Assembly (NCBI GenBank): GCA_965249485.1
Contig: OZ252239.1
Coordinates: 770,445-834,444 of the forward strand
DNA: 64,000 bases
Direction: 5' to 3'
Source: a bacterium
GTDB lineage: Bacteria > SM23-31
Below are positions 1 to 10,235 of this stretch, in pieces. Below the pieces are notes generated by a model. That model worked only from the letters and a program-made list of their open reading frames with translations. It was not told where the DNA came from and did no database searches. The position numbers were made by a program, and so were the translations under genes. Numbering within the stretch: position 1 is the first letter of the stretch; every line of letters starts with the position of its first letter.

Positions 1-110
1 TTGGCGCAACCATCCTTCAGGAACCGATGAAGGTGATGGAATATGGGGTATTGAGTGTTATTCAGGACCCCTCCGGAGCAGTGTTTGCAATGTGGAAAGC
101 GAACCAATAA
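1..110 (+). CDS. C-terminal fragment of a VOC/glyoxalase-family protein; the gene starts upstream of the window
   Basis: Open frame from the window edge to TAA at 108-110. The tail ...DPSGAVFAMWKANQ resembles glyoxalase/VOC C-termini. Confidence 0.4.
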   Translation, partial: GATILQEPMKVMEYGVLSVIQDPSGAVFAMWKANQ

Positions 111-122
111 TGTCAAGAAAGG

Positions 123-638
123 TTGAACATGAGTGCAAAACCAGCATCAAAATATCCGCATTATGACCGGATTCAGGCACACCACTGCGGGTTAGGTGAT
201 ATTCCGAAAAGCGATGACGGCTATTTTGAAAAAATGATCATGATAATATTCAGATCGGGTCTGAATTGGAGTGTAATCGAAAAAAAATGGCCCAACTTTG
301 TTGAGGCATTTGTCAACTTTTCTGTTGATAAAGTAGCAGAGTTCGATGTACCCGATATCGACAGGCTGATGGAGGATCAGGGAATTGTCAGAAACTACAG
401 GAAAATCGAAAGTACCGTGAAAAATGCCAGAGAATTTCAGGCGATTAAAAAGGAGTTCGGTTCATTCGGTGCTTATCTTGATTCCGTCAGCAAAGAAGGT
501 GAAGAGGAACTCTGTAAACAGATCAGTAAACGGTTTGCACATATGGGAAAATCGACATCCATGATGTTCCTCAAATCAGTCGGCCTCGAAATGCCTGAAA
601 TGACCCGTTACTGGATGGAAAAGCAGAGAATGGTATAG
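123..638 (+). CDS. DNA-3-methyladenine glycosylase I (Tag)-like protein
   Basis: 171-aa ORF. The central segment GLNWSVIEKKWPNFVEAFVNFSVDKVAEFDVPDIDRLMEDQGIVRNYRKI aligns to the Tag core GLSW...RENYR..F..FDP.KVA...E.DVERL..D.GIIR.R.KI. TAG stop. Confidence 0.6.
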   Translation: MNMSAKPASKYPHYDRIQAHHCGLGDIPKSDDGYFEKMIMIIFRSGLNWSVIEKKWPNFVEAFVNFSVDKVAEFDVPDIDRLMEDQGIVRNYRKIESTVKNAREFQAIKKEFGSFGAYLDSVSKEGEEELCKQISKRFAHMGKSTSMMFLKSVGLEMPEMTRYWMEKQRMV

Positions 639-698
639 CGTCCTCCCGAAAATAATTCAGATAGGTACACATCTTTTTTCTTGACAATGGGAAATTGA

Positions 699-1058
699 GT
701 GATTATATTTAACCATATGGTTAAATATTCTACCAACACACTCAATGCAACATTCGGAGCACTTGCCGATCCGACCCGGAGAGCAATACTGCAGCGTCTT
801 GCAGGCGGTGAACAAACCGTTATGGAACTTGCAGTACCGTTTGAAATGTCTCTCCCTGCTGTGTCCAAGCATCTCCGGGTTCTTGAACATGCCGGACTTT
901 TGATTCAGATAAAGGATGGCAGGATCCGTCGGTGCCGTCTTGTTGCGAAACCGATGAAAGAAGCGTCAAAATGGATTGAACACTACAAAACGTTCTGGGA
1001 AGCACAGTTCGATTCATTAGAGCAGTTCTTCATCAAAAACCAAAAAAAGGATAAATAA
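699..1058 (+). CDS. arsR: ArsR/SmtB-family metalloregulatory transcriptional repressor; alternative start at 717
   Basis: HTH signature LADPTRRAILQRLAGGEQTVMELAVPFEMSLPAVSKHLRVLEHAGLL. 119 aa. TAA stop. Confidence 0.85.
   Translation: MIIFNHMVKYSTNTLNATFGALADPTRRAILQRLAGGEQTVMELAVPFEMSLPAVSKHLRVLEHAGLLIQIKDGRIRRCRLVAKPMKEASKWIEHYKTFWEAQFDSLEQFFIKNQKKDK
705..728. promoter_or_regulatory. Perfect 24-bp palindrome ATATTTAACCAT|ATGGTTAAATAT overlapping the arsR start region; putative ArsR/SmtB operator for autoregulation
   Basis: 12+12 inverted repeat read directly from the sequence. It is centred on an in-frame ATG (717-719) of the ArsR ORF, about 10 bp downstream of a TTGACA motif at 683-688. 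Confidence 0.5.
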
Positions 1059-1059
1059 A

Positions 1060-1512
1060 ATGGACGCAACCATAAATATCTCCGATACATCACTCCAATT
1101 GAAGAGGACATTTCCGGTACCCTGCGAAAAAGTTTTTGATGCCTGGAAAGATCCCGAAAAACTCCGGCAATGGTTCGGCCCGAATAAATTTACTGTACCC
1201 GAAATTGAGGTCGATTTCCGTGTTGGTGGGTCCTATAGTGTTATTATGCAGTCACCTGAAGGTGAACAACACCATGTGGCCGGTTCATATCAGGAGATTA
1301 TCGAAAACAAAAAGATTGTCAAGACATGGATTTGGCAAAATGGTGCAATGGCAGGAGTAGAGACGACGGTTACGATTGAGTTTAATGCACTCGATGATAA
1401 TACCGAAGTTGTTCTGACACATGAAGGATTTCCGAATGAGGACGCTGCCGGCCATCACAATAAAGGCTGGACAAGTATTTATGATAATCTCGAACAGTTT
1501 TGCAAACAATGA
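1060..1512 (+). CDS. SRPBCC-family (Aha1/AhSA1-like) protein, commonly co-operonic with ArsR regulators
   Basis: KVFDAWKDPEKLRQWFGP ... VDFRVGGSYSV ... TWIW pattern typical of Aha1-domain SRPBCC proteins. Starts 2 nt after the arsR stop. Ends with TGA. Confidence 0.8.
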   Translation: MDATINISDTSLQLKRTFPVPCEKVFDAWKDPEKLRQWFGPNKFTVPEIEVDFRVGGSYSVIMQSPEGEQHHVAGSYQEIIENKKIVKTWIWQNGAMAGVETTVTIEFNALDDNTEVVLTHEGFPNEDAAGHHNKGWTSIYDNLEQFCKQ

Positions 1513-1515
1513 CAG

Positions 1516-1948
1516 GTGCAAATAATGCCGGAAATACTCCATAAGCTACTGATCAAAAGACCACCCGAAGTGGTATATGAAGCGATCACAACACAGGACG
1601 GTTTGGCCTCCTGGTGGACACGGGATTGTGTTGCTGTTCCCGAAGAAGGTTCGGTCGCTGAGTTCTATTTTGATAACAGATCTGATTTCGGAAAGATGAA
1701 AATTACGAAACTCGAAAAGGATACTTGCGTATCCTGTGGTCTGTATCGACAGTGTTGATGAGTGGAAAGGCACCACAATTGTTTTTAAATTGTCTTCTCA
1801 TACTAAAGGATCAATGCTTTTCTTTTCTCATAACGAGTGGAAATCAACCGAAGGAATATTCCCTAACTGTAATTATGACTGGGCACGGTATCTTCTAAGT
1901 CTAAAAAAATATTGTGAAACGGGGATTGGGGAACCACATCCAGGTTAA
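1516..1948 (+). pseudogene. Second tandem SRPBCC/Aha1-like gene, disrupted by frameshift(s) near 1700-1760
   Basis: N-terminal ORF (PEVVYEAITTQDGLASWWT) and C-terminal ORF (DEWKGTTIVFKLS...FSHNEW) lie in different overlapping frames (1516..1758 and 1736..1948). A third frame encodes RILWSV between them. Confidence 0.55.
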
Positions 1949-2043
1949 CTATAAACGAAAGATTATTTTATAGCAGTCATACCAATTAATCGATCATCAC
2001 TAAAACCGCGTTTAATACAATAAAACGATAGAGGAGGAATCCT

Positions 2044-2238
2044 ATGTATACTGTATCGTGTCGTGATTTAGGCGGAGACTGTGACCATACTGTCTCCGGT
2101 AACACAATTGATGAAACAAAACAGGCAATGTGGAAGCATGCACAGGAAGACCATGCCGATAAGATCGCTACGCTTTCCGATGATCAGAAAAATGGTATGG
2201 AAATGAAACTTACAAACATCCTGAGTGCACAATCCTGA
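2044..2238 (+). CDS. DUF1059-family small metal-binding protein
   Basis: MYTVSCRDLGGDCDHTVSGNTIDETKQAMWKHAQEDH matches DUF1059 (xFSCrDaGmDCdf...H..H). Strong RBS AGGAGGAAT 6 nt upstream. TGA stop. Confidence 0.75.
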   Translation: MYTVSCRDLGGDCDHTVSGNTIDETKQAMWKHAQEDHADKIATLSDDQKNGMEMKLTNILSAQS

Positions 2239-2607
2239 AACCATAAATTTATTCCGGTGCGAAACGGTCATAGAAGACTATTTCGCGCCGGTCAATTGTG
2301 TTCCATCGGGAACTCTGTTACTCAACGTTCTGTTATGATGATTAGAAACAATCGCGGGGCAGAGAGGACAAAAATGGCAGCACTCCTGAAAAAAATCCGA
2401 AAATCTTTCTTTTCAATCATAAAATTTCTGCGCCAGCCTGCAAAAATGCGGCACCAGTCCGATGACATATCCTGCGGATGCTGAGCATATTCATATAATA
2501 TATCTGCTAATTTCCTCTTGACTCTTATCAAAATAACCCGTAGCATAAAGCGTTTTTGATTCCATGCTGCAGACCACTGTCACTTTCACGCAACGATAGG
2601 AGGCACA

Positions 2608-2979
2608 ATGCAGGCATTAACAACAATAGTTGCAAGAATTCTTTACGGTCTGCCGATGATCATCTTCGGCATTTTTCATTTTATGGCCGTCGGCGACATG
2701 GCTGGAATGATTCCCATTCCGGGAGGCATATTCTGGGTTTATCTGACGGGAGTAGCGCTCATCCTCGCCGGAATAGCCATTATCATCAAAAACAGGGGAC
2801 GGCTTGCGTGCCTGCTTCTGGCGCTCATGATCGGAATTTTTACTCTCGCGATCCATATACCGGGCATTCTTGACCCCAACACAATGCAGATGGAGATGAT
2901 GAACGCTCTGAAAAATTTGATCATGATCGGCGGTGCATTGGGTTTTGCCCACATTTTTGAAGGAGAAAGTAAATCGTAG
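2608..2979 (+). CDS. DoxX-family membrane protein
   Basis: 123 aa with four predicted TM helices, DoxX-like. RBS AGGAGGCAC upstream. TAG stop. Confidence 0.75.
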   Translation: MQALTTIVARILYGLPMIIFGIFHFMAVGDMAGMIPIPGGIFWVYLTGVALILAGIAIIIKNRGRLACLLLALMIGIFTLAIHIPGILDPNTMQMEMMNALKNLIMIGGALGFAHIFEGESKS

Positions 2980-3011
2980 ATAGAGCAAATACTGGTGAAA
3001 GGTCTTACAAA

Positions 3012-3050
3012 TAAGGGGCGGTGTACAATGTACCGCCTCTTATTTATTAT
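3012..3050. terminator. Bidirectional rho-independent terminator between doxX (+) and copA (-)
   Basis: GGCGGTGTACA...TGTACCGCC hairpin followed by TCTTATTTATT. Confidence 0.5.
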
Positions 3051-3070
3051 TAATCAGTGTAAATATGTCG

Positions 3071-5506
3071 TTACATTTTGAATTGCTTCATCGATAGAGA
3101 ATTGCTCACCACCGATATTGAACTCATCGCCATCGCCGCCGCAGCGATCATCGGATTGAGAAGAAATCCGGTTAGAGGATAAAGGACTCCCGCAGCAACA
3201 GGAATACCAATAATATTGTAGATAAACGCAAAAAAAAGGTTTTGTTTGATTTTTTTCATAGTGTATGAACTCAAAGTGAGCGCACGGCCGACATCGGTTA
3301 CATTGTCTTTGATGAGAACAATATCCCCCGTTTCGATCGCAACATCAGTACCCGATCCGAGAGCTATGCCGACATCTGCCTGAGCCAGAGCCGGTGCATC
3401 ATTGATTCCGTCACCTGCCATAGCCACAGTGTGTCCCTTCTCCTGCAATTGCTTGATTACCTCCGCTTTCTCCTCAGGCAGCACTTCCGCAATGACCGTA
3501 TCGATTCCGACTTCACGGGCAATTGCGTTTACCGTCAGTTTATTGTCTCCCGACAATAGGACAACATCGATATTACTGTCACGCAGTATTTTGACAGCAA
3601 CTGCAGCATCGTCTTTGATGGTATCGGCAACCGCAATAATTCCGGCTGCTTCATTGTTAACACCGAGTACCATGACGGTTTTTCCGTCAGATTCTAACCG
3701 GGAAATCTCCGAATGAAGGACATTGGTATTCAACGTGTGCTGCTCCAGGAAATGATTATTGCCGAGCAAAATATCATTATCCTTATAATGTGCCTGTATT
3801 CCCATCCCCGGAACTGCGGTAAATTCAGATGCAGAACCAAATGTTATTCCTGATTGTTCTGCTTTTCTGACAACCGATTCTGCCAGCGGATGCTCAGAAT
3901 TTTTTTCGACAGCCGCTGCAATTTCCAACAGTTCATCCTCGGTCATTTCGTTTATCGGAATCAGATCGGTTACCTCCGGATGTCCCTGTGTCAGCGTCCC
4001 TGTTTTGTCAAAAACAACGGTTGTGATTTTATGTGCCGTTTCAAGCGCTTCACCATTTTTAACTTGTATTCCATACTCTGCTCCCTTGCCAGTACCTACC
4101 ATGATTGCTGTCGGTGTAGCGAGCCCAAGCGCACAGGGGCAGGCAATTATCAACACCGATACAAAATTAACGAGTGCAAAGATCAAAGATGGTTCCGGAC
4201 CAAACGTGTACCAAATAAGAAATGTCATTCCGGCGATTCCGAATACGACCGGAACAAAGATAGATGCAACTTTGTCCGACAGTCGCTGAATCGGTGCTTT
4301 GCTTCCCTGAGCTTGTTCAACGAGTTTGATGATCTGAGCAAGCAGTGTGTCGCTTCCGACTTTCAACGCCTTAACACGGAGAGCACCGTTCTTATTGATT
4401 GTGGCGGCGATAACGGAATCACCTTCGCTTTTTTCGACCGGAATCGGTTCACCTGTCACCATCGATTCATCCACTGTTGAACGGCCGCTCAGCACAATGC
4501 CATCCGCTGGGAACTTCTGTCCCGGCTTTACAAGAACAATATCATCAACCAGCACATTTTCAATTGGTACCAGCTGTTCCTTTCCGTCCCGCTCAACATA
4601 CGCTGTCTGTGCCTGCAGTCCCATAAGCTTTTTGATAGCTTCCGACGTTTTTCCTTTTGCTCGTGCTTCGAGGAATCTGCCGAATAAAATAAGCGTAATA
4701 ATAACCGCTGCCGTATCATAATAGACAGCCTGCGATACTTCAGGAATCCACTGCGGCACAAACGTCACAATCGTACTAAAAAAATATGCTGCACTTGTCC
4801 CGAATGCAATCAGAGTGTTCATATCGGCCCTACCATATTTGAAAAGGCTTCTGAGCCCACGATAAAAGCGCTTCCCGCCATAGAATTGCACCGGTGTTGT
4901 CAAAAGAAATAAAATGTATAATACAGTCTGCCGTTCAATGTCTGCAAGCAGGGGGATAAAGGTGTGAAAACTGAATAAGAGGATAATAACGGTCAAGATA
5001 CTACTAATAAGAAGGGTATTTTTAAGTGTGTTGATTTCACGATTTTGTGCTGTTTGTTGAGTGTTTTCGGATGAGTCGTATTCTATAGCCGTATACCCGG
5101 CTTCCTCAATCGCCTTTTTGATTTCGGTACTCGTTAGAACAATAGGTTCGTATTGTATGGTGGCTAAACTGTTACCGTATGATACCGAAACAGATTCAAT
5201 GCCAGGTAAGTCTTCGAGAGATCTGCGGATAACTCCTTCGCAGTGCGACGATTCCATGCCGATGATTTTGAAGGAGAGTTTTCCGGAAAGTAAATCAGAA
5301 GGTGCGGGAGTATATCCGGCATCTTTAATCGCTTTGACCAGTGTGGTCAGATCACATATTGTTTCATCGTAGCGAACCGTTGCCTTAACTGTCGCAAGAT
5401 TAACACTTGCCTCTTCCACACCGGGCACATTATTCAGTGCTTTTTCGATTACGGAAACACACGATGCGCAATGCATGTCCTGGATGACAAATTCCTGAAC
5501 AGCCAT
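3071..5506 (-). CDS. copA: Copper-translocating P1B-type ATPase with two N-terminal HMA domains
   Basis: 811 aa. [14 protein letters not shown] and [16 protein letters not shown] motifs, CPC transmembrane motif ([12 protein letters not shown]), DKTGTLT phosphorylation motif, [10 protein letters not shown] hinge. TAA stop. Confidence 0.95.
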   Translation of the reverse strand: MAVQEFVIQDMHCASCVSVIEKALNNVPGVEEASVNLATVKATVRYDETICDLTTLVKAIKDAGYTPAPSDLLSGKLSFKIIGMESSHCEGVIRRSLEDLPGIESVSVSYGNSLATIQYEPIVLTSTEIKKAIEEAGYTAIEYDSSENTQQTAQNREINTLKNTLLISSILTVIILLFSFHTFIPLLADIERQTVLYILFLLTTPVQFYGGKRFYRGLRSLFKYGRADMNTLIAFGTSAAYFFSTIVTFVPQWIPEVSQAVYYDTAAVIITLILFGRFLEARAKGKTSEAIKKLMGLQAQTAYVERDGKEQLVPIENVLVDDIVLVKPGQKFPADGIVLSGRSTVDESMVTGEPIPVEKSEGDSVIAATINKNGALRVKALKVGSDTLLAQIIKLVEQAQGSKAPIQRLSDKVASIFVPVVFGIAGMTFLIWYTFGPEPSLIFALVNFVSVLIIACPCALGLATPTAIMVGTGKGAEYGIQVKNGEALETAHKITTVVFDKTGTLTQGHPEVTDLIPINEMTEDELLEIAAAVEKNSEHPLAESVVRKAEQSGITFGSASEFTAVPGMGIQAHYKDNDILLGNNHFLEQHTLNTNVLHSEISRLESDGKTVMVLGVNNEAAGIIAVADTIKDDAAVAVKILRDSNIDVVLLSGDNKLTVNAIAREVGIDTVIAEVLPEEKAEVIKQLQEKGHTVAMAGDGINDAPALAQADVGIALGSGTDVAIETGDIVLIKDNVTDVGRALTLSSYTMKKIKQNLFFAFIYNIIGIPVAAGVLYPLTGFLLNPMIAAAAMAMSSISVVSNSLSMKQFKM

Positions 5507-5581
5507 AACGATCTCACAATTTATTATTAGAGTATCTCAAATAAATATAAGGAATTATTGACGATAATTAAACCGGATAAA

Positions 5582-5725
5582 TTATATTTTCCTACTGAAG
5601 GCAAATTCCTTGTCCATAGTGTAGATAACCGGTAGAACGATCAATGTCAGGATAGTCGGTGACACAATGCCGCCAGCCATCGGCACGGCGGTCCATTTTC
5701 AGACGTGCAATCCTGCCAATCTACT
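5582..5725 (-). pseudogene. Remnant 3' end (about 40 codons) of a second HME-RND (CzcA/CusA-like) pump gene
   Basis: Minus-strand translation KWTAVPMAGGIVSPTILTLIVLPVIYTMDKEFAFSRKI* aligns with the C-terminus of the intact pump at 7110-7230 (WKRIAAPMIGGIVTSTILTLVVIPVIYAIVRE...). About 75% nucleotide identity. Preceded by an in-frame TGA, with no upstream gene body. Confidence 0.6.
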
Positions 5726-6983
5726 TCACAAAGGTAACTTTTTTCGAAATTATTCGGTCTTGTGATTTTAAAACTATTAACTAGACCACTCCGGCAGCAA
5801 CGTTTCCCGAATCCGTTTTACCGTTCCACTTGACTGTGTGGATACCCTGTCCAAACTTATTCTCAGTTATTGTACTCACGAGCTGTCCGGTAACGTTAAA
5901 GATCTGTATAGAAACATCTGTCTGTTTTGCGAGAGAAAATTGTATTGAGACCGATGGATTAAACGGATTGGGGTACGCTTCGATAAGACCAAAATCTTCG
6001 GGAATAATAACATTTTCAGACTCATCTATATTGGTTACTAATCCTTTGAACACAGCTACATAATCATACACCTCGGAAGATACGAGAGAAAAATTATTTT
6101 TGTCACTATTGTGTTCAATAGAGCCATTGAACGGTATCCAAGCATTTGTATTCCCATCCCAATAGCAGAGAATCAATTCATCATCTTGTATAGACAGACT
6201 GTCGAGTAAGTTTTGACTGTAATGAAATCTTTGGGTTATACCCGTCTCAAAATCCATGTGACCGGAGCCCCAATGTCCCATATGACCTCCCATAATATGT
6301 CCACCTCAGTTACCATGCATCATATCATTGCCGGATTCATTGATAAATTCAAAATGATACCCGAGTACCATCTCACGGTCGGGACTTTCAGGCATGAGGT
6401 CTAATGGCAGCCTGTTCATATCGACAAAATATTTGTTTCCCCACATACCTCCAAAACCCATATGTCCCGGTGGAAAATTGATAAAACTTGCGCTATCAAC
6501 CGGACAATATATGTAAGTGGAATCAGTTATTACTCTATCAATCCAACTTCCCGACCAATGGTTCCCTTCGGAGAGATCCCGCCAAATAGCACCATTTAAC
6601 TCCTCGACGATAATAACCACGTAACCGTTAAATGAATCATGGACTTTGCCGGATACAGTTATTGATTCCCCATGATTGGGACAGTTAATCGTTTCTGGTG
6701 TATACCACCATGGTCCGAAAGCAAGCATGTAGTCGGTGTTTAAATCAAGATTTGTGTCGAGAAAATAGTGAGGCATAAATCCATTTTGCTCAATAATTAC
6801 GGATCCGGAAACAGTCGTATCCGGCAAGTTCTCTCCAAAGAAATAGTTATATCCATTTTCATGAATACCGCTGCTATGCTGTGGCTCAAAATGGTATTCA
6901 GACTCCTGAGCTCCAGCAGTAGTCGCTAATAAACAAATACAGATAACTGTAACAGATATGGCCCTTTGTATTGCGAGTAACAT
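5721..6983 (-). pseudogene. Secreted Met/His-rich putative copper-binding protein with a T9SS C-terminal sorting domain; the reading frame is interrupted by in-frame TGA (6306-6308) and TAG (5781-5783)
   Basis: ORFs 6306..6983 and 5781..6293 are in the same frame, separated only by TGA: ...GNDMMHGN*GGHIMGGHMGHWGSGHMDFE. The same frame continues past TAG at 5781 as LIVLKSQDRIISKKVTFVK*, the typical KK.hhhK end of T9SS CTDs. N-terminal signal peptide. CTD motif YPNPFNPSVSIQFSL. Confidence 0.55.
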
Positions 6984-7109
6984 TGTATTGCTCTTTCTTA
7001 AATAATAGACGTAAAGTCAAAGCCTCATAATAGTTTGATTCATCAAATTTAAATTAGTTACACACTTCAGAAAGATAAATTAACATATCTACTTGTGACA
7101 AATGAATTA

Positions 7110-10100
7110 TTACTTAGTTTTCATTAACGTACGTTTCAGGCTAATTTCTCTGACAATTGCATAGATGACCGGTATAACGACCAATGTCAGAATAGTCGAT
7201 GTCACTATGCCACCGATCATCGGTGCGGCAATCCGCTTCCAGACTTGGGATCCTGCTCCGGTACTCCACAGAATCGGAACGAGTGCAAATAAGGTTGTCG
7301 TGACCGTCATCATTTTCGGGCGGACTCTATCAACTGCTCCGGACATAACCGCCTGGTAGATATGAGAAATATTGAAATCCGTCCCTTTCTCTTTTTTCAG
7401 AGCGTCATACGCGTGATCGATATAAATAATCATCACAATTCCTGTTTCTGCTGCTAAACCTGCAAGTGCAATAAATCCAACCCACACCGCTACGCTCATG
7501 TTGTAATCGAGAAAATACATCAGCCAGATTCCACCGACGAGCGCAAAGGGAACAGAGAGCATGACTATGAGTGATTCCCACACATTTTTAAAATTGAGAT
7601 AGAGCAGTACGAAAATAATCAGCAGCGTGATGGGGACAACAAATTTCAGACGTTTACTCGCCCTCTCGATATATTCCCACTGTCCGCTCCAGATTAGGTT
7701 ATATCCGGATGGAATTGCAACACGGGACTCAATTATCGGCCGCGCCTGTTCAACATAGGTTCCAACATCGATATCCCGCAGATCGATATAGACCCAGACG
7801 TTCGGACGTGAATTTTCGCTTTTTATAACGGGAGGACCTTTTTTTATGTTGATCGACGCAAGCTGTGCAAGTGGAATCTGTTCACCCCGCGGTGTTGGAA
7901 TGAGAACCCGTTTCAACTTTTCAGGTGTATCGCGGAATTCTCTCCCATACCGGAGGTTGATCGGGTACCGTTCAAGCCCTTCGACACTCTGGGAAATATT
8001 CATACCGCCGATAGCAGTCTGAATAACATCCTGCACATCGCTGATCGAGAGTCCGTACCGGGCGATCTCATCCCGGTTTATATCGATATTGAGATAATTG
8101 CCTCCTACCGATTTTTCGGAATAAGCGCTTGCCGTACCGGGAATGTCCTTCGCAACGGCAGCGATTTGTCTACCGAGTTCTTCGAGAATCGCAAGGTCCT
8201 GTCCCGCAATTTTTATTCCGATTGGTGTCTTGATTCCTGTTGACAGCATATCGATTCGCGTCTTGATCGGCATTGTCCACGCATTGGCCAACCCCGGAAA
8301 CTGAATTGCAGCATCGAGCTCCTGAATCAATTTGTCCGGGGTCATTCCCGGACGCCACTGATCTTCAGGTTTCAGGGTGATGGTTGTCTCGATCATGCTG
8401 AGCGGAGCGGGATCAGTTGCAGTTTCAGCCCTGCCAATCTTCCCGAAAACCGTTTCAACCTCCGGAAAACTTTTTATGATTTTATCGGTTTGCTGGAGAA
8501 GTTCCCGCGCTTTGGTGATAGAAATACCCGGATCGGTTGTCGGCATGTAGAGCAAATCACCTTCATAGAGCGGTGGCATGAATTCAGTGCCGAGTTGATT
8601 ATACGGAAAAATTGTAACGAGCAGTATTACCATGGAGGCCAGAAGCGTTAATTTCTTGAATTTGAGAACCGTCTTTATTACCGGTCTGTATAGCCAGATT
8701 AATGCCCTGCTGATTGGATTTTTTGATTCAGGCCTAATGTTACCTCGAATCAGAAGCCCCAGCAAGACAGGAATCAATGTAATTGCCAGTATAGAAGATG
8801 ATCCCAATGCAAAGGTCTTCGTAAATGCCAGTGGTCTAAAAAGACGCCCCTCTTGGGCTTGTAAGGTAAATACTGGAAGAAACGAAAGGGTTACAATCAG
8901 TAACGAGTAAAACAGGGCGGGACCGACTTCTTTTGCAGAATCGGCAATAATCTTCCAGTGCTCTTTTTTCCCGGTATCCCGTTCAAGATGTTTATGAGCA
9001 TTCTCGATCATAACGACTGCAGCATCGACAAGCACACCGATTGAAATCGCTATGCCTCCCAGAGACATAATATTTGCATTAATATTCGTGTAATTCATAA
9101 TGATAAAAGAAATAAGAATACTTAACGGGAGTGAAAGAACCGCAACCAATGCACTACGGATATGGAGTAAAAAGAGTAAACAAACTATCGCGACAACGAT
9201 ACTTTCTTCCATCAATGTTCCGGTAAGTGTGTCGATAGCTCTACGGATAAGATTGGTCCTGTCATACACCGGTAATATTTCCACGCCTTCAGGCAGTCCG
9301 GTTTTTATCTCATCGAGTTTCTTTTTTACATTGTCTATCACAGTAAGAGCGTTTTCACCATACCGCATTACAACAATCCCGCCGACCGTCTCACCGATGC
9401 CATCCCGCTCTACAAGTCCTCTCCTGATTTCCGGTCCGAGGCCGACAGTCCCGAGTTGACGGAGCAGAATCGGAATACCATTTTGATCGACACTTACCGC
9501 GATGTTTTTCAAATCATCTATTGACTGAATATACCCGTTACTGCGAACCATGAATTCAGTTTCGGCAAGTTCCAGTAACCGACCGCCGACTTCGTTATTA
9601 TTCCGCTGGATCGCACGACGGACAGTACTCAGCGGCAGGCCGAAAGCCATGAGCTTATCGGGATCGACCTCAACCTGATACTGTTTTACAAATCCACCGA
9701 TGCTTGCTACTTCCGCAACACCGGGAACGGATGCGAGTTCATAGCGCAGAAACCAGTCCTGAATCGAGCGGAGTTCGGCAAGGTTATGCCTGTCACTTTC
9801 GACAACATATTCAAACGCCCATCCCACACCGGTTGCATCGGGCCCAAGCTGCGGAGTTACTCCTGCTGGCAGCCGGGTCGATACATAATTCAGATACTCA
9901 AGGACACGGCTCCGTGCCCAGTACATATCGGTCCCATCTTCGAAAATGATATAGACGAATGATATTCCGAAAAACGAGTATCCTCGGACAGTTTTCGCAA
10001 AAGGCACCGACAGCATCTGTGTTGTGAGCGGATAGGTGATCTGGTTTTCGACGATTTCCGGAGCCTGTCCGGGATATTCTGTCAGAATGATAACTTGAAC

Positions 10101-10232
10101 ATCACTCAAATCGGGAATCGCATCGAGAGGTATGTTAACCGCCGAATATATTCCGATAATTATTACAAAAAGAGCCGCTATAATAACCAGCAGTCTGTTT
10201 TTTATGGAAGCATCGATTATTTTCTCGAGCAT
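7110..10232 (-). CDS. cusA: Heavy-metal efflux RND transporter, CusA/CzcA (HME-RND) family
   Basis: 1040 aa, 12-TM RND architecture, high similarity to CusA/CzcA throughout. TAA stop. 4-nt gap to the upstream adaptor gene. Confidence 0.95.
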   Translation of the reverse strand: MLEKIIDASIKNRLLVIIAALFVIIIGIYSAVNIPLDAIPDLSDVQVIILTEYPGQAPEIVENQITYPLTTQMLSVPFAKTVRGYSFFGISFVYIIFEDGTDMYWARSRVLEYLNYVSTRLPAGVTPQLGPDATGVGWAFEYVVESDRHNLAELRSIQDWFLRYELASVPGVAEVASIGGFVKQYQVEVDPDKLMAFGLPLSTVRRAIQRNNNEVGGRLLELAETEFMVRSNGYIQSIDDLKNIAVSVDQNGIPILLRQLGTVGLGPEIRRGLVERDGIGETVGGIVVMRYGENALTVIDNVKKKLDEIKTGLPEGVEILPVYDRTNLIRRAIDTLTGTLMEESIVVAIVCLLFLLHIRSALVAVLSLPLSILISFIIMNYTNINANIMSLGGIAISIGVLVDAAVVMIENAHKHLERDTGKKEHWKIIADSAKEVGPALFYSLLIVTLSFLPVFTLQAQEGRLFRPLAFTKTFALGSSSILAITLIPVLLGLLIRGNIRPESKNPISRALIWLYRPVIKTVLKFKKLTLLASMVILLVTIFPYNQLGTEFMPPLYEGDLLYMPTTDPGISITKARELLQQTDKIIKSFPEVETVFGKIGRAETATDPAPLSMIETTITLKPEDQWRPGMTPDKLIQELDAAIQFPGLANAWTMPIKTRIDMLSTGIKTPIGIKIAGQDLAILEELGRQIAAVAKDIPGTASAYSEKSVGGNYLNIDINRDEIARYGLSISDVQDVIQTAIGGMNISQSVEGLERYPINLRYGREFRDTPEKLKRVLIPTPRGEQIPLAQLASINIKKGPPVIKSENSRPNVWVYIDLRDIDVGTYVEQARPIIESRVAIPSGYNLIWSGQWEYIERASKRLKFVVPITLLIIFVLLYLNFKNVWESLIVMLSVPFALVGGIWLMYFLDYNMSVAVWVGFIALAGLAAETGIVMIIYIDHAYDALKKEKGTDFNISHIYQAVMSGAVDRVRPKMMTVTTTLFALVPILWSTGAGSQVWKRIAAPMIGGIVTSTILTLVVIPVIYAIVREISLKRTLMKTK

Positions 10233-10235
10233 GAT

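Noticed and set aside
1510-1518. Read-through fusion of the two tandem SRPBCC genes across TGA 1510-1512
   Set aside because: SRPBCC-1 has a complete Aha1-domain length (150 aa). The second gene has its own N-terminal SRPBCC signature starting at M1516. Tandem paralogues are the simpler explanation.
3402-5372. Plus-strand ORFs 3402..3716, 3854..4480, 4005..4289, 4347..4721 and 5061..5372
   Set aside because: Antisense shadow ORFs inside the well-supported copA gene. Low-complexity Ser/Thr/Ala-rich translations with no homology.
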